DNA of 64,000 bases from an uncultured Balneolaceae bacterium (GCA_965659005.1 CBFHVG010000052.1:33423-97422); one strand, 5' to 3'; shown: positions 29,450 through 39,342, counted from the first letter of the stretch. Notes: generated from the sequence alone by a model not told the origin. Program-made: numbers and translations.

Positions 29450-30334
29450 ATGCTTTTTTTTAAAAAGATTCTTTTTCTAGGCATTTTTAACTGCTTTGCT
29501 TCAACTCTTTCGATGTCTGCTCAGACATCCAGCCTTGAAGATTATGCACGTATAAGTAACAAATTCAGTAAGGAGACGAGTGGTGTTATTAAAAGCCGAA
29601 TACATGAAGATGTATTCTGGATACTGGACGACTCAGGTAATGATGATCGCATCTACGCTGTAAAAAGAAATGGAAATCCATTTGCAGGTAAAGATTACAA
29701 AGGGCAAAAAATTAAAGGGGCAAAAAACAGAGACTGGGAGGATATACTCGTTGATGATCAAGGGCACATTATTATAGCTGATATAGGTAATAATTGTAAG
29801 TGTAGGAATGATTTGACCCTATATGTACTCAATGAAACGTTACCTGAAGACGAAAAGAATACTGTAATTCAGGAAATAAGATTCACCTATCCACCAATTG
29901 AAACTATGGGCATAAGGAGAAATGTAAACTTTGATGCTGAAGCTGCTTTTTATTTCAAAGAGAACATCTACTTATTAACAAAACATGGATGGCTTGATAG
30001 GAAAAGTCGACTTTACAAAGTTCCGGTGATTGATTCTAGTTACGCTGACATAGAACTGGAGTTTGTAGAAGAAATAAGAATAGATGGTTCAGTTACAGCG
30101 GCAGATTACGACAATACTAATAAAAGACTGGCCATACTTACATATACATCAGTATGGGTGTATGAAACTGGTGAGGATGGCTCACTTTTTGGTGGCAAGG
30201 CATTTCGAAAAAGTATAAAGGCTGATCAGGTGGAAAGCATAACTTTTGATGGAAATGATCTCATCATAGTAGATGAAAAAAAAGGGAAGATGTATGAAAT
30301 TTCAATTTCCGAACTCGAGTATGTTGATTTATAA
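29450..30334 (+). CDS. secreted hypothetical protein, beta-propeller-like (possibly SdiA-regulated/YjiK-like fold)
   Basis: 294 aa. Signal peptide; recurrent blade-like motifs ETSGV, DWEDILV, DAEAAFY, VTAADY, VESITF. Confidence 0.45.
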   Translation: MLFFKKILFLGIFNCFASTLSMSAQTSSLEDYARISNKFSKETSGVIKSRIHEDVFWILDDSGNDDRIYAVKRNGNPFAGKDYKGQKIKGAKNRDWEDILVDDQGHIIIADIGNNCKCRNDLTLYVLNETLPEDEKNTVIQEIRFTYPPIETMGIRRNVNFDAEAAFYFKENIYLLTKHGWLDRKSRLYKVPVIDSSYADIELEFVEEIRIDGSVTAADYDNTNKRLAILTYTSVWVYETGEDGSLFGGKAFRKSIKADQVESITFDGNDLIIVDEKKGKMYEISISELEYVDL

Positions 30335-30418
30335 ATTGGCTCATCGCATCAACATGTGAACACCTTCGATATGCTTTCCTGCGTTTAATGTGTAACCATT
30401 AACTAATAGGCAAGCATT

Positions 30419-30976
30419 ATGAAAAGAAGGTTACTACTTACACTTATTGGTATCAGTATTGGCTTCAGTTCAGTATCAGAAGCCCAGAATAGGCGAGAAA
30501 GATCAAAAGCTTCACAGGTGACTATTAATGCAATTGCCTATGACGATTTTGATAAAAACTGGTACGATTCCAGACATTTTGATAATAGAAGAGGCGATTA
30601 TTTCAGAAATGTATCTAATCAATTCATGATAGCTCTAAAGTCTGAGAATATTCGAAGAGCCAGAATTCTAAAACAGGATTTACTGGAAGAAATGAGGTTC
30701 GAAATACGTAATACACAAAGGTTACTTCGACAGGAAAAACGCAGAGTAGCAAACCGAGTTGATGACCGTAGAAGAAACAGGTATAGAACCTACGATGGAG
30801 AGCTCTACTCCAAAAGAAGGATTAATAGAAGTAATCTTATCCACCTGGAAAGGAAGCTAACTCAGCAAGAAAGTATCCTATGGAATCTTGAAGATACACG
30901 TCTTAGCAGAAGAAACAGATCAATCGTATTTCACAGGCGATTATTAAGTCAGTTCGCACGTAGTATATATGCCTGA
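30419..30976 (+). CDS. secreted, extremely Arg-rich hypothetical protein
   Basis: 185 aa. Signal peptide ending SEAQ; long predicted helices rich in R/E/N; no family recognised. Confidence 0.5.
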   Translation: MKRRLLLTLIGISIGFSSVSEAQNRRERSKASQVTINAIAYDDFDKNWYDSRHFDNRRGDYFRNVSNQFMIALKSENIRRARILKQDLLEEMRFEIRNTQRLLRQEKRRVANRVDDRRRNRYRTYDGELYSKRRINRSNLIHLERKLTQQESILWNLEDTRLSRRNRSIVFHRRLLSQFARSIYA

Positions 30977-30983
30977 AAGAGAT

Positions 30984-31010
30984 AAAAGCCCCATATTTTG
31001 GGGCTTTTTT
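30984..31010. terminator. bidirectional terminator between the Arg-rich ORF and menB
   Basis: AAAAGCCCCatattttGGGGCTTTT followed by TT. The A-tract and T-tract allow function in both directions. Confidence 0.8.
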
Positions 31011-31843
31011 TATGAAGGATTTCTCTGAAACTTATCAAAGTCAGGTTTTCTCTTTTCCAGAAAGGAGTCCCTGCCTTCTTTTGCTTCATCGGTCATATAA
31101 GCAAGTCTTGTAGCTTCACCGGCAAAGACCTGCTGCCCAACTAAACCATCATCAATTAGGTTAAATGCGAATTTAATCATTTTAATAGCAGTGGGTGATT
31201 TTGCTAAAATTTCTTGTGCCCATTCATATGCTGTTTCTTCAAGTTGGTCATGCGGAACCACTTTATTTACCATGCCCATTTCATAAGCTTCCTGAGCAGA
31301 ATAATTCATGCCGAGGAAGAAGATTTCTCGTCCTCGTTTTTGTCCAACCTGCCGTGCAAGAAGGGCGGAGCCAAACCCGCCGTCAAAACTAGCTACATCA
31401 GCATCAGTTTGTTTAAATATGGCATGTTCTTCACTTGCAAGAGTGAGGTCGCAGGTGACATGTAGACTATGCCCACCACCAACTGCCCAGCCCGGTACAA
31501 CAGCTATAACAACCTTAGGCATGAATCTTATTAAGCGTTGAAGCTCCAATACATTCAATCTATCAATGCCATCTTCAGCTTTATAGCCGGTTCTATCACG
31601 AACTTTCTGGTCTCCACCGGAACAGAAGGAGTATATACCGTCTTTGGCCGGACCCTCAGCGCTAAGAAGAACAACACCTATATCATTATCCTCTTTTGCA
31701 TCAACAAAAGCTTCGTACATTTCGAACAGAGTTTTAGGTCTGAAAGCATTTCTTACATCAGGACGATTAAATGCAATTCTGGCCACACCATCCGATTTTT
31801 TATATGTAATGTCTTCGTATTCTTTAACTGTTGTCCAATTCAT
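31010..31843 (-). CDS. menB: 1,4-dihydroxy-2-naphthoyl-CoA synthase
   Basis: 277 aa. Crotonase fold with MenB-type motifs (FCSGGDQKVR, GWAVGGGHSLHVTCDLTLA). Confidence 0.95.
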   Translation of the reverse strand: MNWTTVKEYEDITYKKSDGVARIAFNRPDVRNAFRPKTLFEMYEAFVDAKEDNDIGVVLLSAEGPAKDGIYSFCSGGDQKVRDRTGYKAEDGIDRLNVLELQRLIRFMPKVVIAVVPGWAVGGGHSLHVTCDLTLASEEHAIFKQTDADVASFDGGFGSALLARQVGQKRGREIFFLGMNYSAQEAYEMGMVNKVVPHDQLEETAYEWAQEILAKSPTAIKMIKFAFNLIDDGLVGQQVFAGEATRLAYMTDEAKEGRDSFLEKRKPDFDKFQRNPS

Positions 31844-32646
31844 AGTGCTAATTTATTTGTAATAAAGTTTCTTATCTCTAGAGCCAATAAAGCATGCTGT
31901 TCTGAATGAATTCGGTGACCTGACTTCTTAATAATACTTAAGTCAGAATTTGGGATTAGTTGATTCATTTTCTGATTGATTCTACAAAACTTTGAATCTT
32001 TCTCACCTGCGGTTAACAAAACAGGAGTAGAAATTGATCCTAATTCATGTCTTAAATTTGGCATTGTACCTGAACCAAAACCAAGAAGTGAGTTGGCCAT
32101 CCATAATGGATTTTGCTTTGCCTGAATTTCATTAAGCTTATCATCAGTTGAATTATTCATAATGGGCATCTTTGCCCAGTCTTCAAGAAAACCAGAATAA
32201 TCACCCATAATTCGATCTGCTCTTTTGGCATCAAGCTCCTGTCTGCTTAATCTTTCCTGTTCATTTTCAATTCCAAACGTTCCGCTTTCAAGTATTAAAC
32301 CGAGAAGGTTTTTCTTTTTTGAAAGAGCATAAAGCAAGGCTAATCGTGCTCCCATACTATATCCGTATAGGATTATAGGCCCCTCAGAAATTTGATTAAT
32401 TACATCAGCAAGTCCGGCTAATTGTTCTTTCGCAGAGAACTGATAATGTAGTTCAAAACCTTCAGATTGACCGTGCCCCATCAGATCAATGGTTATGGGA
32501 TTTACTATATCGGTTAATTCAGAAATAAGAGCATCAAAAATTTTGCCGCTTCCCATAAATCCGTGCAGCAAGAGTAAGTTTGGCTTTGAAGAAGAATCTT
32601 GCTTAAGGTCTACATGATAATATATACCGCGGGCTTTAACCTTCAT
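31840..32646 (-). CDS. menH: 2-succinyl-6-hydroxy-2,4-cyclohexadiene-1-carboxylate synthase (alpha/beta hydrolase)
   Basis: 268 aa. HGFMGS and nucleophile elbow GYSMGA. Lies between menD and menB with 4-nt and 1-nt overlaps. Confidence 0.8.
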   Translation of the reverse strand: MKVKARGIYYHVDLKQDSSSKPNLLLLHGFMGSGKIFDALISELTDIVNPITIDLMGHGQSEGFELHYQFSAKEQLAGLADVINQISEGPIILYGYSMGARLALLYALSKKKNLLGLILESGTFGIENEQERLSRQELDAKRADRIMGDYSGFLEDWAKMPIMNNSTDDKLNEIQAKQNPLWMANSLLGFGSGTMPNLRHELGSISTPVLLTAGEKDSKFCRINQKMNQLIPNSDLSIIKKSGHRIHSEQHALLALEIRNFITNKLAL

Positions 32647-34346
32647 TACAGATCAAAATCAAGATCCCAAAGTCGGGTTCTTTCTTTCATTGAACTGTTC
32701 GGATTAGTGATACATTCAATCACTTGAACTTTGTTTCGGTTAAGTGCTTTTGAGAATGTTTCCTCAAACTGATCTTTGCTTGTTACCAGATTATGAGATA
32801 CTCCGTGAGCACGACATAGGTGGGTATATGATATATGTTGAGGTGTTTCAAAATACTCCTGATACACTGATGAAATATTTCTTATGGGAAGCATTCTGAA
32901 TACGGTTCCTCCACCATTATTTAATATGATAAAAATAAGTGGTTTATCGATTTGATTGGCAATACTTAAACCATTTGAGTCGTGGAGGAAAGCAATATCT
33001 CCGATAAAACATACACCTGCTTTTTGTTCAGCAATACTTATACCCATGGTAGTGGAAATTATGCCATCAATACCTGCGGCACCTCGATTCACAAAACTAT
33101 TGGCTGAATAATCGGCTATTAACTCAAAATCTCTCACAGGAAAAGAATTGGAGAGCATGATGAATGCATCTTTAGAATACTTTTTAGAAGCTTCATCAAA
33201 TATAAATCCATCTGTTAGACTATTAGCAGATTTCAGAACTTTAGAGCGTTTTTCCACATACTGTTTTTGAACTTTTTTCCATTCCTTCACCCATTTTTTA
33301 GGTGCAGAAACGGATACTTCCGGAATTATAAGTTCACCACTTAGCTCAATAAAGTGTGTAGCTGTTAGAGCTTCGTCAGCAAGATCTCCGTAATCTGTGA
33401 ATGAAATTTGGTTTACATCCAAGTTCATTCTTAGGTAAGTAAATACAGCTTTACTTATGGGTTGTTTGCCAAAACGGATGATCAAGTCTGGCTTTAAATG
33501 TTCTTTTGCAGCATCAGATCTTAAAAACCCATCATAACCTGAAATAAGATTATCATTATGTGGCAAATGAGAACCCGCTTCTGCAAGGATGGGTGCTCTT
33601 AAAGTTGTAGCCAGGTTAATAATAGAATTCGTTTCTGATTTTGTTGTTCGAGGCCCAACAATGATTACAGGTCTTTCTGAAGCAACCATATTCGACCAAA
33701 TGTGATCATTTAAGTCGATTGTATGTGTTTCTAAATTCGGTGGCTCAGGTATGAAAAGGTCTAAAATCTCATCATTTTCCTTTTTGAGCGTATTATAATA
33801 TCGTTTTGTTGGTTCCAGTGGCTTTCGGAACGGGAAATTAACATGCGATATACCAAAACCTTTTTTTGCCTCAGATACAGCTTGTTCGGCTGCTCTTCTT
33901 AAACGTTTAGCCGATCTTTCATTTTCATTTGGAGCACCCGCATTGAAAAAGAAGCTACAATAATCCCCAAAAATGTTTGTCTGATTAATGGTTTGTGATG
34001 CTCCAACTTTAAGAAGGGTCTGAGGGCGGTCTGCACTCAATACAATCAATGGCACATTGGATTGCTTTGCTTCAATAACCGCCGGTAGATAGTTAGCAAC
34101 AGCTGTTCCTGATGTACATACTAATACAGCTGGGTTTCCAGTAGATTTTCCTATTCCAAGAGCAAGGAAGGCAGCTGAACGTTCATCAACAACTACATGC
34201 TTTTCAATTCCATCGTGAGCTGCAAATGCTAATGTTAAAGGAGTTGATCTAGAACCAGGGGAGATTACAGCATACCGTATTCCGATTTCATGTAATTGTC
34301 TAACAAAAATGGAAGACCAGTAAAAAGGTATGTTTTCAGGACTCAT
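32646..34346 (-). CDS. menD: SEPHCHC synthase (ThDP-dependent)
   Basis: 566 aa. ThDP-enzyme N-terminus (SPGSRSTPL) and GDIAFLHDSNGL...NNGGG ThDP motif. Confidence 0.92.
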   Translation of the reverse strand: MSPENIPFYWSSIFVRQLHEIGIRYAVISPGSRSTPLTLAFAAHDGIEKHVVVDERSAAFLALGIGKSTGNPAVLVCTSGTAVANYLPAVIEAKQSNVPLIVLSADRPQTLLKVGASQTINQTNIFGDYCSFFFNAGAPNENERSAKRLRRAAEQAVSEAKKGFGISHVNFPFRKPLEPTKRYYNTLKKENDEILDLFIPEPPNLETHTIDLNDHIWSNMVASERPVIIVGPRTTKSETNSIINLATTLRAPILAEAGSHLPHNDNLISGYDGFLRSDAAKEHLKPDLIIRFGKQPISKAVFTYLRMNLDVNQISFTDYGDLADEALTATHFIELSGELIIPEVSVSAPKKWVKEWKKVQKQYVEKRSKVLKSANSLTDGFIFDEASKKYSKDAFIMLSNSFPVRDFELIADYSANSFVNRGAAGIDGIISTTMGISIAEQKAGVCFIGDIAFLHDSNGLSIANQIDKPLIFIILNNGGGTVFRMLPIRNISSVYQEYFETPQHISYTHLCRAHGVSHNLVTSKDQFEETFSKALNRNKVQVIECITNPNSSMKERTRLWDLDFDL

Positions 34347-35806
34347 TCAATAGCGTATTTAAGTGCAGTAAGCATAGGAATAAACTTTAAATTTGTTTCT
34401 TCCCATTCTTTATGTGGATCTGAATGCTCAACGATACCACATCCTGCAAAAAAATGCGCTTCATTTTTTCGAATTAAACCGCTTCTGATTGCAACAGCAA
34501 ATTCTCCTTCTCCGGCTGCATTTATCCATCCGACAGGTGATGCATACCATCCTCTGTCAAAGTCTTCGAGATCTTTGATATGTGGAACTGCAGCCTCGCG
34601 TGGATAACCCCCAACTGCAGGTGTAGGATGAAGCTTTTTAAGTATTTCAGTTCTACTCACACCTTCTTCAATATGTGCCGTTACCGGCGTGAATAGATGC
34701 TGAACATTTGAGAGTTTTTTTACGCCGGGTGTTTCTGGATGCTCAATTCGAGTCGAATATGGATTTAAACTCGCTTCAATAGCATCAACTACAATTGAGT
34801 GTTCGTTGAGATCTTTATCACTGTTCAAAAGCATGTGTTCAAGATGCGCATCTTCTAAAGCGGTTCTACCTCTTGATATACTACCGGCCAGTCCTTCGGT
34901 TATAATCTGATTACGTTGAAAAGTGGCAAGCCTTTCTGGTGTCGCCCCAATGAAAGATCCTCCCTCATTAAACCCTATTAAAAAGAGATAGCAATCAGGA
35001 TACTGTTCCCGGAGTTTATTCAGTAAACAAGTATCAGATATATTCTTATCTGTTTTTAAATGAAGCTTTCTGGCTAAAACAATTTTCTTAAAAATTCCTT
35101 CTTTTATCTGTGATGTCGCTGTTTGAATGTGCTTTACCCAGTTTGCTTTGTCTTCTTCTTCAGAGCCTAAAACAGTGAAGCCTGATGATGATTCTTCAAG
35201 CACTGAGTATTCCTCAACGTTATTAACTCTATCCAGCCTTTGGAATACTTGTCTTATTTTATCAACAACACTATCAACGGAATCTTCGTCCAGTAATTTA
35301 GTATTAACTGTTACCAGAGATAACTTCCCTTCTTGTAAAATATGCCATTCAGGCAGAGTGAAGGAAGCACTGTCAAACGAATCCCAGATACTATTATAGG
35401 CTTCATCAAAAAATGAGAAACCGCCTAATAAATGAACTTCTGATTTCGTATGCTTGATTTCAGAAAAGTGGGATATTCTGCTTAGAAGTTCTTTTCCTTT
35501 TCGGGATGCCATCCTAAATCGGTCAGGTCCTTCAGCAGAAATATTCTCCAGTTCTCCATCAGCAATCATTGAAAACTGATCGTTAGGCTTTTCCCAATAG
35601 AACCTAAAATTCTCTTCATTCTGTACTTTTTCCAGAAAAGCCAATGTATCTATAAAGCGTGCTTTGAGAGTAAGAGAGTAGTACCTGCATTCGCTATCTA
35701 TTAGATTTCCTTCAATTGCAGATTTCAGATGATCTATAAATTGACTGGAAGAGGTGGTTTTCTCGAAGCTTGATAAGATGGATGAATGCGGTTCTACGGT
35801 AAGCAT
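34343..35806 (-). CDS. menF: isochorismate synthase
   Basis: 487 aa. Chorismate-binding domain (LHPTPAVGGYP, GWYASPVGW, RSGLI). Confidence 0.9.
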   Translation of the reverse strand: MLTVEPHSSILSSFEKTTSSSQFIDHLKSAIEGNLIDSECRYYSLTLKARFIDTLAFLEKVQNEENFRFYWEKPNDQFSMIADGELENISAEGPDRFRMASRKGKELLSRISHFSEIKHTKSEVHLLGGFSFFDEAYNSIWDSFDSASFTLPEWHILQEGKLSLVTVNTKLLDEDSVDSVVDKIRQVFQRLDRVNNVEEYSVLEESSSGFTVLGSEEEDKANWVKHIQTATSQIKEGIFKKIVLARKLHLKTDKNISDTCLLNKLREQYPDCYLFLIGFNEGGSFIGATPERLATFQRNQIITEGLAGSISRGRTALEDAHLEHMLLNSDKDLNEHSIVVDAIEASLNPYSTRIEHPETPGVKKLSNVQHLFTPVTAHIEEGVSRTEILKKLHPTPAVGGYPREAAVPHIKDLEDFDRGWYASPVGWINAAGEGEFAVAIRSGLIRKNEAHFFAGCGIVEHSDPHKEWEETNLKFIPMLTALKYAIE

Positions 35807-35823
35807 TAACGTCTGTTGAATTC

Positions 35824-35847
35824 AATTTTCAATATAAATTGAAAATT
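35824..35847. promoter_or_regulatory. perfect 10-bp palindrome immediately upstream of menF
   Basis: AATTTTCAAT-ataa-ATTGAAAATT, beginning 18 nt upstream of the menF start codon. Confidence 0.4.
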
Positions 35848-36027
35848 AAAAAAACCCAAGATTTACCATGCAGAAATGGGCATTATTTGCAATTTTTAAT
35901 TAGTAATTGTTAATACTAAAATCTTGATTATTTCGTGTTTCTTTGTGATACTTGAGATAAGGAAGCGCTTTTCCGGTTATTATACGTACATATCATCTTA
36001 CAGCACTATTTATAATACATCGATCTT

Positions 36028-36564
36028 ATGATTGAGTTACAGCCTTTTTCACTAGAGAATATCAATACTCACTACAAGTGGAATAACGATCCCGAACTAA
36101 CTTTTCTTGACTCTGAATATCCCCATACGGATGAACCGTTTGAATCATTTCTTGGAAGGATGAAAAGCATTGCAGAAGGAAAGGCCCCAACAACAAAGCT
36201 ACTAGAAATAGTTGATAGGGATTCAAAGAGACTAATTGGGGTTATTGATATTCATGCTATTGATTTGCACAATCGCAGATGTTTTATCCAGATTACCATT
36301 GGTAATCGCGAATACTGTGATGACACCTGTCAACAGGAAGCCCTAGATAAAGCTCTCGAATATTGTTTTAAAGATCTCGAAATGCATAAAGTGGCGACTA
36401 CATCTTTTGACTTTAATACCAACTGGATAAATCTTGTTATAGATAAGGGGTTTAAAAAAGAAGGGGAGTTAAGAGATCATGTGATCAAGAACAATGAATT
36501 CAGAGATAAATTCATTTATAGTCTTTTAGAAAAAGAATTCAGTTCAAGTTCTGTTCTGGCTTAG
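36028..36564 (+). CDS. GNAT family N-acetyltransferase
   Basis: 178 aa, RimJ/RimL-like pattern (WNNDPE..., HKVATTSFDFN, KGFKKEGELRDH). Confidence 0.75.
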   Translation: MIELQPFSLENINTHYKWNNDPELTFLDSEYPHTDEPFESFLGRMKSIAEGKAPTTKLLEIVDRDSKRLIGVIDIHAIDLHNRRCFIQITIGNREYCDDTCQQEALDKALEYCFKDLEMHKVATTSFDFNTNWINLVIDKGFKKEGELRDHVIKNNEFRDKFIYSLLEKEFSSSSVLA

Positions 36565-36568
36565 TAAG

Positions 36569-36844
36569 TTAGACTGCTTCATCATTTGACCCGGATTCAT
36601 AAGGATGTTCAATTCCATATGATCTGGGATTGTATTCAGCTAATTCAAAATAATGATCCCAGGCAGCTTCACTGTTACCATTTTGATCAACCCAATTGGG
36701 ATGACTTTGTTTAATTAACCCGACAATCCGGTTAGCATAAGAAATTCGATCTTCTTGGCCTTCAACACCTGGAAGTGCAGCGATCATCAAATCCAAATTG
36801 TATCCGCAGTCGAAATCTTTTGGTTTCCCCTGTTCTATAAACAT
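36569..36844 (-). CDS. hypothetical protein (weak DUF4290-like pattern)
   Basis: 91 aa. EDR...ANRIVGLIKQSHPNW...AWDHYFELAEY resembles the DUF4290 core, but the protein is shorter. Confidence 0.4.
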   Translation of the reverse strand: MFIEQGKPKDFDCGYNLDLMIAALPGVEGQEDRISYANRIVGLIKQSHPNWVDQNGNSEAAWDHYFELAEYNPRSYGIEHPYESGSNDEAV

Positions 36845-36947
36845 GACCCTCGTATTTCGGTACTATAATTATCAAAGTAATGTATTAATTGGATAGGACA
36901 AAATGCCTATATTTGGCACCTAAAATCGACCGACTTAAATAAAGAAT

Positions 36948-37934
36948 ATGTATTTCAACTCCATACTAGATACAATAGGCAATACGCCTCTCATCAAACT
37001 GAATAAGGTTACAAAAGGTTATAGTGGAACCATCCTTGTTAAAGTAGAATACTTCAATCCCGGTCAGAGTATCAAAGATCGAATAGGTATTAAAATGATT
37101 GAAGACGCTGAAGCCCAAGGATTAATCAAGCCCGGAGGTACAATTATAGAGGGTACTTCAGGTAATACAGGAATGGGACTGGCTCTAGCTGCAATTATTA
37201 AGGGATATAAGTGCATTTTTACAACTACAGATAAGCAAAGTAAATCAAAAGTAGATTTATTGAGAGCATTAGGTGCCGAAGTTCAGGTTTGTCCAACTAA
37301 TGTAGAGCCAGATGATCCCAGATCATATTACTCTGTCGCAAAACGTTTGAGTGAAGAAATACCTAATTCATATTACCCTAATCAGTATGATAACCCAAGT
37401 AACACTGAGGCACATTATTTGACAACCGGCCCAGAAATTTGGGAGCAGACTGATAAGCAAATCACACATTATGTTGCTGGTATGGGTACAGGAGGAACCA
37501 TCACCGGAGTTGGAAAGTATTTGAAGGAGCAGAATGCGGAAATTAAGGTGATTGGTATAGATAGCGTTGGTTCTGTGTATAAAAAGTATTTCGAAACCGG
37601 TGAATTCGACAAGAACGAAATTAAGCCGTACATGACAGAAGGAATAGGTGAAGACATCATTCCAGGAACTATCAATTTCGATTATGTAGATCATGTACTT
37701 CAGGTTAATGATGAGGACTCAGCAATCATGACACGAAGAATGGCTAAAGAGGAGGGTTTATTCATCGGTTGGTCCTGTGGCGCAGCGGTTGCTGGAGCTC
37801 TTAACTACCTAGATGAGCATCCAATGAAGGATGATGAAACTATGGTTATCATACTGCCCGACAGTGGAACACGTTATGTTTCAAAAGTGTATAATGATGA
37901 CTGGATGCAAGAACAAGGATTTTCAGAACAGTAA
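36948..37934 (+). CDS. PLP-dependent cysteine synthase / cystathionine beta-synthase family protein
   Basis: 328 aa. PLP-lysine motif GQSIKDR; GTSGNTG; GTGGTITG. Confidence 0.9.
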   Translation: MYFNSILDTIGNTPLIKLNKVTKGYSGTILVKVEYFNPGQSIKDRIGIKMIEDAEAQGLIKPGGTIIEGTSGNTGMGLALAAIIKGYKCIFTTTDKQSKSKVDLLRALGAEVQVCPTNVEPDDPRSYYSVAKRLSEEIPNSYYPNQYDNPSNTEAHYLTTGPEIWEQTDKQITHYVAGMGTGGTITGVGKYLKEQNAEIKVIGIDSVGSVYKKYFETGEFDKNEIKPYMTEGIGEDIIPGTINFDYVDHVLQVNDEDSAIMTRRMAKEEGLFIGWSCGAAVAGALNYLDEHPMKDDETMVIILPDSGTRYVSKVYNDDWMQEQGFSEQ

Positions 37935-37946
37935 AGAAGGAAGAAT

Positions 37947-38267
37947 ATGTCGCAGCAAGACCCGAACAACCCGAACCAACAGATGGAAATTGAGCTTAAG
38001 GAAGATGAAGCAACCGGTACCTATTCCAATCTAGCAATGATCACCCATTCACCATCCGAATTTATTCTGGATTTTATTGCTGTTATGCCCGGCGTACCTA
38101 AAGCCAAAGTTTTAAAAAGAATGATTCTTACACCAGATCACGCGAAAAGATTAGCTGCCGCACTTCAGGACAATGTGAATCGCTATGAAAATGAGCACGG
38201 CGAAATTAAGGCAACTAAACAGAAAGTGGATATTCCCATGTATATGGGACCAAAAGCCGAAGCTTAA
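37947..38267 (+). CDS. DUF3467 domain protein
   Basis: 106 aa. GTYSNLAMITHSPSEFILDF motif typical of DUF3467. Confidence 0.8.
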   Translation: MSQQDPNNPNQQMEIELKEDEATGTYSNLAMITHSPSEFILDFIAVMPGVPKAKVLKRMILTPDHAKRLAAALQDNVNRYENEHGEIKATKQKVDIPMYMGPKAEA

Positions 38268-38268
38268 T

Positions 38269-39342
38269 TTACTTTGGTGATCTGAAGAGCAAAATTATAG
38301 CTACCAGAAAGAAAAGTCCGTGAGGAGTAAAGGCGGCAAATGCCGGATCCAGTACACCGGAGTGGCCAAAGGGTTCTACAATTTTCATTAATGAGAGATA
38401 TAGAAAACTAATAACGAGGCCCATCGCTATTGTAAATCCCTTTCCACCTTTTCGTTTTGTGGCAGCAATTACAAATCCTATCATGATTACAATTATCATT
38501 GAAAAGGGATAGACTAACCTTCCATAAAATTGAACCCTGGGCATATCTATACCACCTGCACCGCTTCGTTCTATTGAAGCGATATAATCTCTGGCTTCAA
38601 CATAGGTAAGTTGATAAATATCCGAAGTTGATCTTGCCAGATCCTGAGGGAATACATTTAATGTGGTATCAATACTACTGATATATTTCTGCTCATATGT
38701 GGAGTCAGCAAATATTTTGTCATTAACGCCTTCGAAGTACCATTTACCTTCATTCCAAGTCATTCTGGAAGCTGAAATACTACGTACCAACTGATCACCT
38801 TCCATATCATAAAGTTCTACTCTGTAAGCAACATTATTATTCTGATCGAAGTAGTTAACCTTAAGGGTAGAAGTAGGACTTAATTGTCTGTATATATCGG
38901 CTTTATCAACTTTTTCTGACTTCTTTTTGATATAGCGTTTTTCAAAAGCTATACGCTTAGCATTCGATTTTGGAATGAGATTCGAATCGATGGCACTTAG
39001 ACTAAAGCTACATATTATCCCAAAAATCATGTATGGTACCAACAACCTGTACATGCTAACACCAGCGGCATATAAGGAAGAAATCTCCAGGCGATCTGCC
39101 ATTTGGGATGTAACAAAGAGGCAAGCGGTGAAAACTGCAACTGGGATCACAAGCCGTATCATTTCCGGGATATAATTCAGATAGTATTGCCCCCAAATCT
39201 CAGCCATAGTGGCGCCCAAATCAGTAAAATCGTCACTATTTTCAGAGAAATCTATAATGATGAAAATGAATATCAGCACTATCAATGAAAAGATAGTAAT
39301 GGCCATCAAACGTGTAAATATGTAGCGGTCAATATTCTTCAT
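38269..39342 (-). CDS. lptG: LPS export ABC permease, LptG-like (YjgP/YjgQ family)
   Basis: 357 aa. N-terminal IDRYIF, 3+3 TMs around a periplasmic beta-jellyroll. Overlaps the upstream paralog by 4 nt. Confidence 0.8.
   Translation of the reverse strand: MKNIDRYIFTRLMAITIFSLIVLIFIFIIIDFSENSDDFTDLGATMAEIWGQYYLNYIPEMIRLVIPVAVFTACLFVTSQMADRLEISSLYAAGVSMYRLLVPYMIFGIICSFSLSAIDSNLIPKSNAKRIAFEKRYIKKKSEKVDKADIYRQLSPTSTLKVNYFDQNNNVAYRVELYDMEGDQLVRSISASRMTWNEGKWYFEGVNDKIFADSTYEQKYISSIDTTLNVFPQDLARSTSDIYQLTYVEARDYIASIERSGAGGIDMPRVQFYGRLVYPFSMIIVIMIGFVIAATKRKGGKGFTIAMGLVISFLYLSLMKIVEPFGHSGVLDPAFAAFTPHGLFFLVAIILLFRSPK

Noticed and set aside
31195-31909. Cluster of five overlapping plus-strand ORFs (65-123 aa)
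   Set aside because: All are antisense to the well-conserved menB/menH genes. Their translations are low-complexity (Ser/Cys/Arg-rich) with no motifs. This is a typical antisense artefact, not an overlapping-gene system.
36028-36844. GNAT acetyltransferase plus adjacent small ORF as a GNAT-type toxin-antitoxin pair
   Set aside because: The genes are convergent, not co-transcribed. The small ORF has no RHH/DUF1778 features, and the GNAT looks RimJ/RimL-like rather than TacT/AtaT-like.
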